A stretch of 64,000 bases of DNA. Origin: Candidatus Arcticimaribacter sp. (GTDB lineage Bacteria; Bacteroidota; Bacteroidia; Flavobacteriales; Flavobacteriaceae). This document shows positions 10,240 through 18,815 of the stretch, piece after piece. The notes under the pieces are model-generated. The model saw only the letters and a list, made by a program, of their open reading frames with translations. It had not been told where the DNA came from and searched no databases. The stretch covers positions 38,399 through 102,398 of the forward strand of contig JAYQLP010000001.1 of NCBI GenBank assembly GCA_038143215.1. Reading direction: 5' to 3'. A program made the position numbers and the translations under genes. Position 1 is the stretch's first letter. Each line of letters starts with the position of its first letter.

Positions 10240-10713
10240 ATGGAAAGTGTTTTGCTTTGTGTAGGAAAAACCGATGATTCTACCTTGGAAAGGTGGATTG
10301 ATACTTATAAAAAAAGACTTCAACACTACACCCGTTTTTCTATAGAATACCTCAATGATATTAAAAAAACAAAGCACCTTTCGGAGACGCAGCAAAAGGA
10401 GGCGGAAGGAAAGTCCATTGTAAAAACACTAAAACCCGGAGATCGTATTTTTTTACTTGATGAGGGAGGTAAACAATACAGCTCCATTCAGTTTTCCCAA
10501 TGGGTTAACAAACAATACCTCTCTGGAGGGAAAAGATTGGTTTTTATCGTGGGAGGACCTTATGGATTTTCGGAAGAAATTTACCAAAAAGCGCAGGGGA
10601 AAATTAGCCTTTCTGCCATGACCTTTTCTCACCAAATGGTGCGCCTTTTTTTTGTAGAACAACTCTACCGTGCCCACACCATTTTAAAAAACGAACCCTA
10701 TCATCATCAATAA
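10240..10713 (+). CDS. rlmH: 23S rRNA (pseudouridine1915-N3)-methyltransferase
   Basis: VGK, LLDEGG, FIVGGPYG, SLSAMTFSHQMVRLFFVEQLYRA, PYHH. Confidence 0.96.
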   Translation: MESVLLCVGKTDDSTLERWIDTYKKRLQHYTRFSIEYLNDIKKTKHLSETQQKEAEGKSIVKTLKPGDRIFLLDEGGKQYSSIQFSQWVNKQYLSGGKRLVFIVGGPYGFSEEIYQKAQGKISLSAMTFSHQMVRLFFVEQLYRAHTILKNEPYHHQ

Positions 10714-11292
10714 ATGAAACTTGTCTTTGCTACCCATAACAATAACAAACTCCAAGAAGTAAAACAATTGCTTCCAGCCCATATTGAACTCCTTAGTTTG
10801 ACCGATATTGGCTGCACCGAAGAGATCGAAGAAACAGGAAGCACCCTAGAGGAAAACGCTTATATTAAAGCGCGTCATGTCAAAACACACTATGGTTTAA
10901 ACTGCTTTGCCGATGATTCTGGTCTTGAGATCGATGCATTAGATGGAGCCCCTGGAGTCATTTCGGCCCGCTATGCAGGGCCTCAAAAAGATAACGAGGC
11001 CAATATTCAAAAGGTCTGGGAAAATCTTAGAAATCATCCCGACAAAACAGCACAGTTTCGCACCGTAATCGCCATTTGTATCGATGAGCAAGAATGGGAC
11101 TGTGAGGGGGTAGTTCGAGGGATTTTAATCGACGAAAAGCGCGGAGAAGGTGGCTTTGGCTATGATCCGATTTTTATTCCGAAAGGCTATGGGCAAACCT
11201 TTGCACAATTAGGGAGTGATGTAAAAAATAAAATCAGCCATCGAGCAAAAGCTACTCAACAATTGCTTCAACATTTAAACACCCTCTCCTAA
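10714..11292 (+). CDS. rdgB: Non-canonical purine NTP pyrophosphatase (RdgB/HAM1)
   Basis: ATHNNNK, ADDSGL, PGVISARYAG, GFGYDPIF, KNKISHR. Confidence 0.95.
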   Translation: MKLVFATHNNNKLQEVKQLLPAHIELLSLTDIGCTEEIEETGSTLEENAYIKARHVKTHYGLNCFADDSGLEIDALDGAPGVISARYAGPQKDNEANIQKVWENLRNHPDKTAQFRTVIAICIDEQEWDCEGVVRGILIDEKRGEGGFGYDPIFIPKGYGQTFAQLGSDVKNKISHRAKATQQLLQHLNTLS

Positions 11293-11293
11293 A

Positions 11294-11869
11294 CTACTCT
11301 TCTATCTTTTTATTTGAAGGAGCATTGTCTTCTTGCAAGGTAATTGCCCTAATGAACTGTGCTATTTCCTCTTCGCTTTTAAAAGCAAAATGAAAGGGCT
11401 TTCTTCGAATTCTTTTTCGCCCTTCGGCATACGCCCATGGAAAAGCAATAGAGAAATACACTTGGTTTTTCCCTTCACTGTGCGCAAAAGAGGAAATGAG
11501 GTGAGGGCCTGCTGCAGAAAAGATTTTTCTTCGTTTCTTAAACCGAAGGGTATCATTAATTCTAACTGTAACCAATTTAATCACATCATTAATTGCATTG
11601 TTTTTTGTCAGATCTGCTTTCCATGTGCTAAATTCTATTTTTGATGCTTTTAAAAAAGACACCCATTTCTGCTGCTCGGCTTTAGAAGTCAACAAAAGCT
11701 GATACCTGCCTTTAGAATCAAAATCAATTAGGATTGAGCGATCGATTGCATCGGGGTTTTCGATATAATGAACTGGATATGAAAGCTGAAAAACTTCAAA
11801 ATGAGTTGATGTAGCTTGAGCCTTGCCCAAGCAGGGCAACAATAGGACCATGAGAACAAAATGTTTCAT
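11294..11869 (-). CDS. Hypothetical exported protein
   Basis: Signal-peptide-like MKHFVLMVLLLPCLGKAQ; fills the gap between rdgB and the helicase; no family recognised. Confidence 0.6.
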   Translation of the reverse strand: MKHFVLMVLLLPCLGKAQATSTHFEVFQLSYPVHYIENPDAIDRSILIDFDSKGRYQLLLTSKAEQQKWVSFLKASKIEFSTWKADLTKNNAINDVIKLVTVRINDTLRFKKRRKIFSAAGPHLISSFAHSEGKNQVYFSIAFPWAYAEGRKRIRRKPFHFAFKSEEEIAQFIRAITLQEDNAPSNKKIEE

Positions 11870-11976
11870 ATTCTGGTAAAGGTTTGGGACTTTCAAAATA
11901 CAATATATTTTCCAACCAAAGAGTTCTATTGCTTAGAATTGCCTTTTATCCATTTATCCGACGTACCTTTGCAGCA

Positions 11977-13740
11977 ATGAATACATTCCACTCCCTCGGT
12001 CTCAATGAAGCATTATTAAGTGCCATTGAAGACATGGGCTTCGAAACCCCTTCAGAAGTTCAAGCCAAAACCATTCCGCTATTACTCGAGAAAGAAACAG
12101 ACATTGTTTCGCTTGCACAAACAGGTACTGGAAAAACCGCTGCTTTTGGTTTTCCTATGCTTCAAAAAATCGATGATAAAAGCAGAACAACACAAGGGCT
12201 TATTCTTTCCCCTACCCGAGAACTTTGTTTGCAAATTACCCAAGAATTAAAAAACTATGCGAAGTACCTAAAGGGTGTAAATGTGGTTGCTATTTATGGA
12301 GGAGCCAGCATCACGGAACAAGCGAAAAACGTTAAACGAGGGGCACAAATCATTGTAGCTACGCCAGGGCGAATGCAAGATATGCTCCGCAGAGGCTTGG
12401 TCAATGTTTCTAAGGTTGAGTACTGCGTACTCGATGAGGCGGATGAGATGCTCAATATGGGCTTCTATGAAGACATTACTTCGATTTTATCCAATACCCC
12501 TGATGACAAAAGCACATGGTTGTTTTCTGCAACCATGCCAAAAGAAGTAGCAGTAATTGCAAAAAAATTCATGCATAAACCGGAAGAGGTTACCGTAGGA
12601 AATAAAAATGCAGGAACAAAAAATGTAAGCCACGAATACTATCAAGTTTCGGGTCGTGACCGCTACCCTGCTTTAAAACGGTTGGCCGATGCGCATCCCA
12701 ATATTTTTTCTGTCATCTTTTGTCGAACCAAAAGAGACACCCAACGCGTAGCTGAAAAGTTGATCGAAGACGGATATAATGCAGGCGCCCTTCACGGAGA
12801 TTTAAGTCAAAATCAAAGGGACATGGTCATGAAATCGTTTAGAAACAAGCAAATTCAAATGCTTGTTGCCACGGATGTTGCCGCAAGGGGGATTGATGTG
12901 GACAACGTTACCCATGTGATTAATTACCAATTGCCCGATGAGATTGAAACCTATACCCACCGAAGTGGTCGTACAGGAAGAGCCGGAAACAAAGGGGTAT
13001 CGATGATTATTGTAACTCAAAGTGAATCGAGAAAAATTCGAGCCATTGAAAAAATTATTCAAGCAAAAATAACGTCGAAAAAGATTCCTACTGGGAATGA
13101 GATTTGCAAAACCCAACTTTATCATTTGGTTCAGAAAATTAACCAAACGGAAGTCAATGAAGAAATCGACACCTACCTTCCACAATTGGAAGAGGTGCTA
13201 GCAGATTTGACTAAAAAAGAATTGATTCAACGTCTGGTTTCTGTAGAGTTTGCCCGTTTTCACGATTACTATAAAAATGCGAAAGACCTCAACTCATCTT
13301 CGAGTCAGAGCAGCACAGGAGAAGGCAAAACCAAACACAATAAAAAAGAAAGCACTCGTTTCTTTATCAACATTGGCGCCAGAGACGAATACAATTGGAT
13401 GACGCTGAAAGATTTCTTAAAAGAAACCCTTTCTTTGGGACAAGACGACGTTTTCCATGTGGATGTTATGGATGGCTTTTCATTCTTCAACACACCCAAT
13501 GAATACCGAGAAAAAGTAATCCAAATGTTTGAATTTTTCGAATTGGATGGCCGTCAAATCAATGTAGAAATCTCGGAAAAAAGTGGAAAATCGGGAGGAA
13601 AACGCAAAGGAGGTGGAAAACGTAAAAACTTCTCTGGAGGCGACCGCTTCTCCAACTTTTCAAACAACGATGGAAAGAAAAAGAAAAAAGGAGGAAAAGG
13701 ACAAAAACCTTCAGGCTTTGGACGTAGGTCTAGACGTTAA
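11977..13740 (+). CDS. DEAD-box RNA helicase with DbpA-type RNA-binding domain and basic Gly/Lys tail
   Basis: Q motif, AQTGTGKT, PTREL, DEAD, SAT, HRSGRTGRAG; ATG 11977 follows TACCTTTG (11964-11971). Confidence 0.93.
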   Translation: MNTFHSLGLNEALLSAIEDMGFETPSEVQAKTIPLLLEKETDIVSLAQTGTGKTAAFGFPMLQKIDDKSRTTQGLILSPTRELCLQITQELKNYAKYLKGVNVVAIYGGASITEQAKNVKRGAQIIVATPGRMQDMLRRGLVNVSKVEYCVLDEADEMLNMGFYEDITSILSNTPDDKSTWLFSATMPKEVAVIAKKFMHKPEEVTVGNKNAGTKNVSHEYYQVSGRDRYPALKRLADAHPNIFSVIFCRTKRDTQRVAEKLIEDGYNAGALHGDLSQNQRDMVMKSFRNKQIQMLVATDVAARGIDVDNVTHVINYQLPDEIETYTHRSGRTGRAGNKGVSMIIVTQSESRKIRAIEKIIQAKITSKKIPTGNEICKTQLYHLVQKINQTEVNEEIDTYLPQLEEVLADLTKKELIQRLVSVEFARFHDYYKNAKDLNSSSSQSSTGEGKTKHNKKESTRFFINIGARDEYNWMTLKDFLKETLSLGQDDVFHVDVMDGFSFFNTPNEYREKVIQMFEFFELDGRQINVEISEKSGKSGGKRKGGGKRKNFSGGDRFSNFSNNDGKKKKKGGKGQKPSGFGRRSRR

Positions 13741-13787
13741 TATCTTTTTCACACTTATCGCCATATTTTCTTATTACATTTGTTGTA

Positions 13788-14555
13788 ATGAAAATCATAT
13801 TTCCAAGGTTCATTCCACTTCTTTTTTTATGCTCTTCTGTGTATGCACAAACGGAGTACACCCTTTTAAAAGGGAAAGTGCAAAACGACAGCAATGATGC
13901 CCTTATGGCCAGTGTGCATGTGTTGAATTTGAGTTCGGTGGAAGGAGTGATTACCAATGTAGAGGGAGAATTTGAAATCGCGGTACAAACCAACGATACG
14001 CTTTATTTTTCTTACTTAGGATTTAAACCACTTAAGGTAGCTGTGAGTAAGGATATGATCAAATTCGGAGTGCCCACTTTTCGTTTAACTCAACTTTCAT
14101 TTGCTTTAGAAGAAGTCATTATAAAGCCCTACCAGCTCACGTGATATTTGGACATCGATGTTCGAAAAGTTCCCATAAATCCAGCAGGAAGATACAGTAT
14201 TCCTGGCCTACCTCAATCGGGTTATGAAGCTGGAAACAGAAACCGATCTTCCATTTCTAAAGCCATTGGTGCATTGTTTAATCCTGCCGATTTCTTGTAC
14301 AATTTGTTTGGAAAAAACCCCAAGCAAATGAGAAAACTGAAAAAAATGCGGCAAGATGATGCCATTCGAAATTTACTGTCCACCAAATTTGACCGTGAGG
14401 TTTTGGTTCAACTTTTAGGTATTGACCGGCCCAATTTGAATGAAATATTACGCAATTGCAACTACTCCAACGCCTTCATTAAAGAAGCCAATGATCTGCA
14501 AATTTTAGAAGCAATTAGCGGCTGCTATGAAGAGTTTAAAGTACTTCAAATGTGA
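13788..14555 (+). CDS. CarboxypepD_reg-like domain exported protein, interrupted by in-frame TGA at 14142-14144
   Basis: Signal peptide, LKGKV...G.ITN..GEF.I....NDTLYFSYLGFK...LEEVII. The two ORFs are in frame and read PYQLT*YLDIDV. Confidence 0.75.
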
Positions 14556-15088
14556 TGCAATCTGAGGAATTAGAAACCCTTTTGATGCAATACTTTTCTC
14601 ATGCTGGGGATAGAGAAAAAGGAGCCCTGTTCATTCACGAAAACCCTCATCATTTCGATACTCTTTTTCGGTTAGCCTGTTCCAGTGAGAGCAAAAGAGC
14701 ACATGTTGTTTCTGCTTGGATTCTAGAAAAATACAGCCTCGATAAACTTGATGTCTTCACTCCCATCATGGATGTTTTTATTGAAGGGGTTTCGGTCCAA
14801 ACGCATGAAAGTAAACGACGACCGATGATGAAATTACTTTATCATTATTGTAAAAAACCCGAGCGAAGAAATGGATTGAGTGCAACACAAATTCAAGCAA
14901 TCATCAACTGCGGTTTTACGCACATGCTTGATGCTCAAAAAATAGCCTCTATTGCATTTGCTATAAAAACAGTGGCCTATTTTAGATTCCATGAAACATG
15001 GGTTAATGAAGAACTCAATCAATTTATTATTAATAAATTACCCAATAGCAGTCCTGGCTTTCGGTCCATGGCCAAATACATCGAATGA
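14555..15088 (+). CDS. Conserved helical (HEAT-like) hypothetical protein upstream of purB
   Basis: TGATG coupling with the upstream gene; SAWILE, HES..RP and SPGF motifs as in flavobacterial purB-neighbour proteins. Confidence 0.6.
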   Translation: MQSEELETLLMQYFSHAGDREKGALFIHENPHHFDTLFRLACSSESKRAHVVSAWILEKYSLDKLDVFTPIMDVFIEGVSVQTHESKRRPMMKLLYHYCKKPERRNGLSATQIQAIINCGFTHMLDAQKIASIAFAIKTVAYFRFHETWVNEELNQFIINKLPNSSPGFRSMAKYIE

Positions 15089-15186
15089 CCACCCTTATCG
15101 TTTGCGGATAGAAATCATAAAAAAAATACGTTCTAAAGAAAGGAAACGACAGGATAGTTTATCTTTGTACTTTATTTCAAAAAACG

Positions 15187-16530
15187 ATGAAACTTACGCC
15201 ATTAAATGCCATTTCTCCTGTAGATGGTCGCTATCGAGCAAAGACAAAATCATTAGCCCCTTATTTTTCAGAACAAGCACTCATCCACTATCGTGTGCGG
15301 GTCGAAATTGAATATTTTATTGCTTTGTGCGAATTGCCTTTACCTCAACTCAGTGATTTTAATTCTTCTTTGTATGATGAGTTAAGAAGCATTTATAGGC
15401 ATTTTACCGAAGAAGAGGCCAACGAGATTAAAGAAATTGAAAAGACGACCAATCACGACGTTAAAGCGGTAGAGTATTTCATCAAAAAAGAATTTGATCG
15501 CCTCGAAATTCAAGAGTACAAAGAATTCATTCATTTTGGCCTTACTTCTCAAGACATCAACAATACCGCTATTCCCTTGTCCATGAAAGAAGCTGTAGAA
15601 GCGGTATACATTCCCATGTTGGATGAATTGATTTCAGCATTGAGTAACTGTGTGGAAGAATACAAAGATGTTCCCCTTTTGGCACGTACTCACGGGCAAC
15701 CTGCTTCCCCCACACGTTTGGGAAAAGAGTTTGCTGTGTTTGTAGAACGCCTTTCGCAACAAAAAGAAATCTTAGCTGCTCAATCTCACGCAGCTAAATT
15801 CGGAGGAGCAACGGGGAATTTTAACGCGCATCATGTAGCCTATCCAAAAACTGATTGGAAGCACTTCGGGACTCATTTTGTTGAAACTATTCTTGGGTTG
15901 CATCATTCCTTCCCAACCACGCAAATTGAGCATTACGACCATTTTGCTGCCTTGTGTGATGTTATGAAACGCATCAACACCATTTTAATTGATTTGAACC
16001 GGGATATTTGGACCTACATTTCGATGGACTACTTCAAGCAAAAAATTAAAGATGGAGAAGTTGGTTCTTCTGCAATGCCCCATAAAGTGAACCCTATCGA
16101 TTTTGAAAATTCGGAAGGAAACCTTGGCATGGCCAATGCACTCCTAGGGTATTTAGCAGAAAAGTTGCCTGTTTCGAGATTACAGCGCGACCTTACAGAC
16201 AGTACTGTTTTAAGAAACATTGGAACTCCACTAGGTCATAGTATTATTGGTTTTCAATCCACTTTAAAAGGAATTTCAAAATTGCTTTTAAACGAACAAA
16301 AAATAAATGCAGACCTAGAAGCCAATTGGTCTGTTGTAGCCGAAGCCATCCAGACAATTCTTAGAAGAGAAGGGTTTCCAAATCCTTATGAAGCATTAAA
16401 AAAATTAACGCGGACAAATACGGAAATCAACCAAGAGTCGATCCATGCGTTTATTGATGAACTGGATATTGACACCAAAATAAAAGCAGAACTGAAAACG
16501 ATTACTCCGTTCAACTATACGGGCATCTAA
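15187..16530 (+). CDS. purB: Adenylosuccinate lyase
   Basis: AISPVDGRY, TNHDVKAVEY, GSSAMPHKVNPIDFENSEGN; TATCTTTG at 15160-15167. Confidence 0.97.
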   Translation: MKLTPLNAISPVDGRYRAKTKSLAPYFSEQALIHYRVRVEIEYFIALCELPLPQLSDFNSSLYDELRSIYRHFTEEEANEIKEIEKTTNHDVKAVEYFIKKEFDRLEIQEYKEFIHFGLTSQDINNTAIPLSMKEAVEAVYIPMLDELISALSNCVEEYKDVPLLARTHGQPASPTRLGKEFAVFVERLSQQKEILAAQSHAAKFGGATGNFNAHHVAYPKTDWKHFGTHFVETILGLHHSFPTTQIEHYDHFAALCDVMKRINTILIDLNRDIWTYISMDYFKQKIKDGEVGSSAMPHKVNPIDFENSEGNLGMANALLGYLAEKLPVSRLQRDLTDSTVLRNIGTPLGHSIIGFQSTLKGISKLLLNEQKINADLEANWSVVAEAIQTILRREGFPNPYEALKKLTRTNTEINQESIHAFIDELDIDTKIKAELKTITPFNYTGI

Positions 16531-17087
16531 TTGCCAAGTGCATCGAGGTATTTTCCACCCGGGATATCGACCAACTGAGTTAAAGAAGCAATTTGGTCAA
16601 GTTGTAAATCGCCTTTGATTTCCAATAAAATATAATCCAAATCGACTTGGGTGTCTAAATTGATGCTCGGATTCTTTTTCACAAAATCATAAAGCCCTTT
16701 AACGAGCATAACAAGTCGTTTTACTTTGGATTGATCACTTCCAAAAACAGCACCAAACTGAACATTGACGTTCGCTTCGGTGAGGTTGATAATGGACATC
16801 AAAGGGGTGTTTTTATATTCTGCTTGTAACCATGAATGCATTTCTTCAGCGATAGATTCGTTTTTGGTCGAAAGTACCCTGAATTCTTTTAAAGTTTTTA
16901 TCATTTCCAAAAAAGCCTCTGCATTCTCATCAGTGGCATTCACCTTAATCTTACTGAGCAACGAAAACATTGTTTGAGGAACGCGTATGTAGGTAACTTC
17001 AGGGTGTCCATTGTATTTTTGGAATACATCCTGTCCGTAGGAAGTTGCAAAGGTCATAAACAAGAAGAGGGTCATCAAATACTTCAT
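16527..17087 (-). CDS. DUF4252-like exported protein
   Basis: Signal peptide, F.KY....VT...V...MF.LL, LVMLV, I.GD..L.QIA.L......PGG.YL. Confidence 0.7.
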   Translation of the reverse strand: MKYLMTLFLFMTFATSYGQDVFQKYNGHPEVTYIRVPQTMFSLLSKIKVNATDENAEAFLEMIKTLKEFRVLSTKNESIAEEMHSWLQAEYKNTPLMSIINLTEANVNVQFGAVFGSDQSKVKRLVMLVKGLYDFVKKNPSINLDTQVDLDYILLEIKGDLQLDQIASLTQLVDIPGGKYLDALGN

Positions 17088-17186
17088 TTAATCGATTTTT
17101 ATTTAAAGGTAAAAAACATTGGCATTCAAAACGTTTCAAATTTGAATAAACTTAACTAATTTGCGCCTTCATAATACATACAAAAG

Positions 17187-18815
17187 ATGAAAAAGATTCT
17201 TGCAATTTTTGTTTTTGGCGCCTTACTAATGAGCTGTAAGAAAAAAGATGTGGATGATAATGAAATCACCATTGACCCAGAAGTAACCACCGGGACTACC
17301 ACTCCAACCACAGATGGTGGCTCAAATTCTGGAACCGGCGGAACAGGAGTTACTTCCGTTACGCTGATCAACGATTTTATTTGGGAAGGTCTAAATCAAT
17401 ATTACTATTGGCAAGAAGATGTGGACAACTTAGCAGATACCGTTATTGACGATGTTGCTAGTTATATCAACTTATTAAATTCACAAAACGATCCCTCTGA
17501 TTTTTTCTATAGCCTAAACCATCCGGATGACCGTTTTAGTTGGATTGAAGAAAACTATCGCGATCTACAAAATCAACTTTCAGGGATTTCAGCTTCTAAC
17601 GGAATGAAGTTTCTCATCTACAGAAGATGTAGTGATTGTAATGAACTCGTTGCTATTGTTACTTATGTCCTCCCCGATTCTGATGCTGCGGAAAAAGGAA
17701 TTGTTCGAGGGGACACCTTTACCATTGTAAACGGGCAAGAATTGACCATCTCCAACTACAGCAGCTTACTCTACGGAGAGGATTTAACTTATACGATTGA
17801 CTTGGTTGATTATGATGCTGCCAACAATGTTGCAACTCCAAGAAACATATCTGTTAGTCTTACGAAAGAAGAAAATTTTCAAGAAAACCCCATTCACAAA
17901 AGCATGGCTTTTGATGTCAACGGACGTGTTGTGGGCTATTTAATGTACAACCAATTTGTGGGCGCTGTCGATAGCGACGACGACGACCAAATCGATGTAG
18001 ATTTCAACGAACTCTTGGTTCAAACTTTTACAGAATTCGGTAACCTAGGGGTGCAAGACCTTGTTGTAGATTTGCGTTACAATGGCGGAGGCTCTGTTCA
18101 AACCTGTACCTATCTTGCCAGTATGATTACTGGACAACACACTGGAAGTGTTTTTGCTCAACAACGCTGGAACTCAAAGTTAATGGCCTACATCAATGCG
18201 ATTAATTCCGACAACAACGACAACAACAACATTGAAACACGCAATACCTTTGTTAACGCAACCACTGCAGGAACCAGCCTTCCTTCCCTTAACTTACAAA
18301 GAGTATATATTTTAACACCCAATCGAAGTGCCTCGGCAAGTGAGTTGCTTATCAATGGACTTGCTTCCTACATCAACGTAATTCAGGTTGGAACAACAAC
18401 GTATGGTAAAAACGTAGGGTCCATTTCCCTTTATGATTATGTCGATGCACAAGCGCCTTTTGACAGCATTAACCAAGCGCATGACTATGCCATGCAACCC
18501 ATTGTTCTTAAAATTGCGAATAACGACGGTTATGCCGATTATGCCAACGGACTCCCTCCAGAAGATCGTTCTGTTCTTCCGAATCTCGACTTTATTGAAG
18601 TTCGAGAGTCGATCTCCAATTTTGGAACACTTGGAGATCCTAACGAACCGATGTTAGCAACGGCTTTAAATCATATTACGAACAATAACAACAAATACGA
18701 GGGATTGGAAAATAGAATTTTACTTCCCGAAGTAAAGCTTCCAAAAAAGGTTACCGATCAATACCGTTTAAACATTGACAACTTCCCGAAACTTCCCTTA
18801 AAGAAGCTTCGTTAA
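17187..18815 (+). CDS. S41 family peptidase lipoprotein (PDZ plus C-terminal protease domain)
   Basis: Lipobox LMSC followed by KKKDVDDNE, INDFIW..LN.YYYW, VGYLMYNQF, VDLRYNGGG, SASASE, T.GK.VGS. Confidence 0.9.
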   Translation: MKKILAIFVFGALLMSCKKKDVDDNEITIDPEVTTGTTTPTTDGGSNSGTGGTGVTSVTLINDFIWEGLNQYYYWQEDVDNLADTVIDDVASYINLLNSQNDPSDFFYSLNHPDDRFSWIEENYRDLQNQLSGISASNGMKFLIYRRCSDCNELVAIVTYVLPDSDAAEKGIVRGDTFTIVNGQELTISNYSSLLYGEDLTYTIDLVDYDAANNVATPRNISVSLTKEENFQENPIHKSMAFDVNGRVVGYLMYNQFVGAVDSDDDDQIDVDFNELLVQTFTEFGNLGVQDLVVDLRYNGGGSVQTCTYLASMITGQHTGSVFAQQRWNSKLMAYINAINSDNNDNNNIETRNTFVNATTAGTSLPSLNLQRVYILTPNRSASASELLINGLASYINVIQVGTTTYGKNVGSISLYDYVDAQAPFDSINQAHDYAMQPIVLKIANNDGYADYANGLPPEDRSVLPNLDFIEVRESISNFGTLGDPNEPMLATALNHITNNNNKYEGLENRILLPEVKLPKKVTDQYRLNIDNFPKLPLKKLR

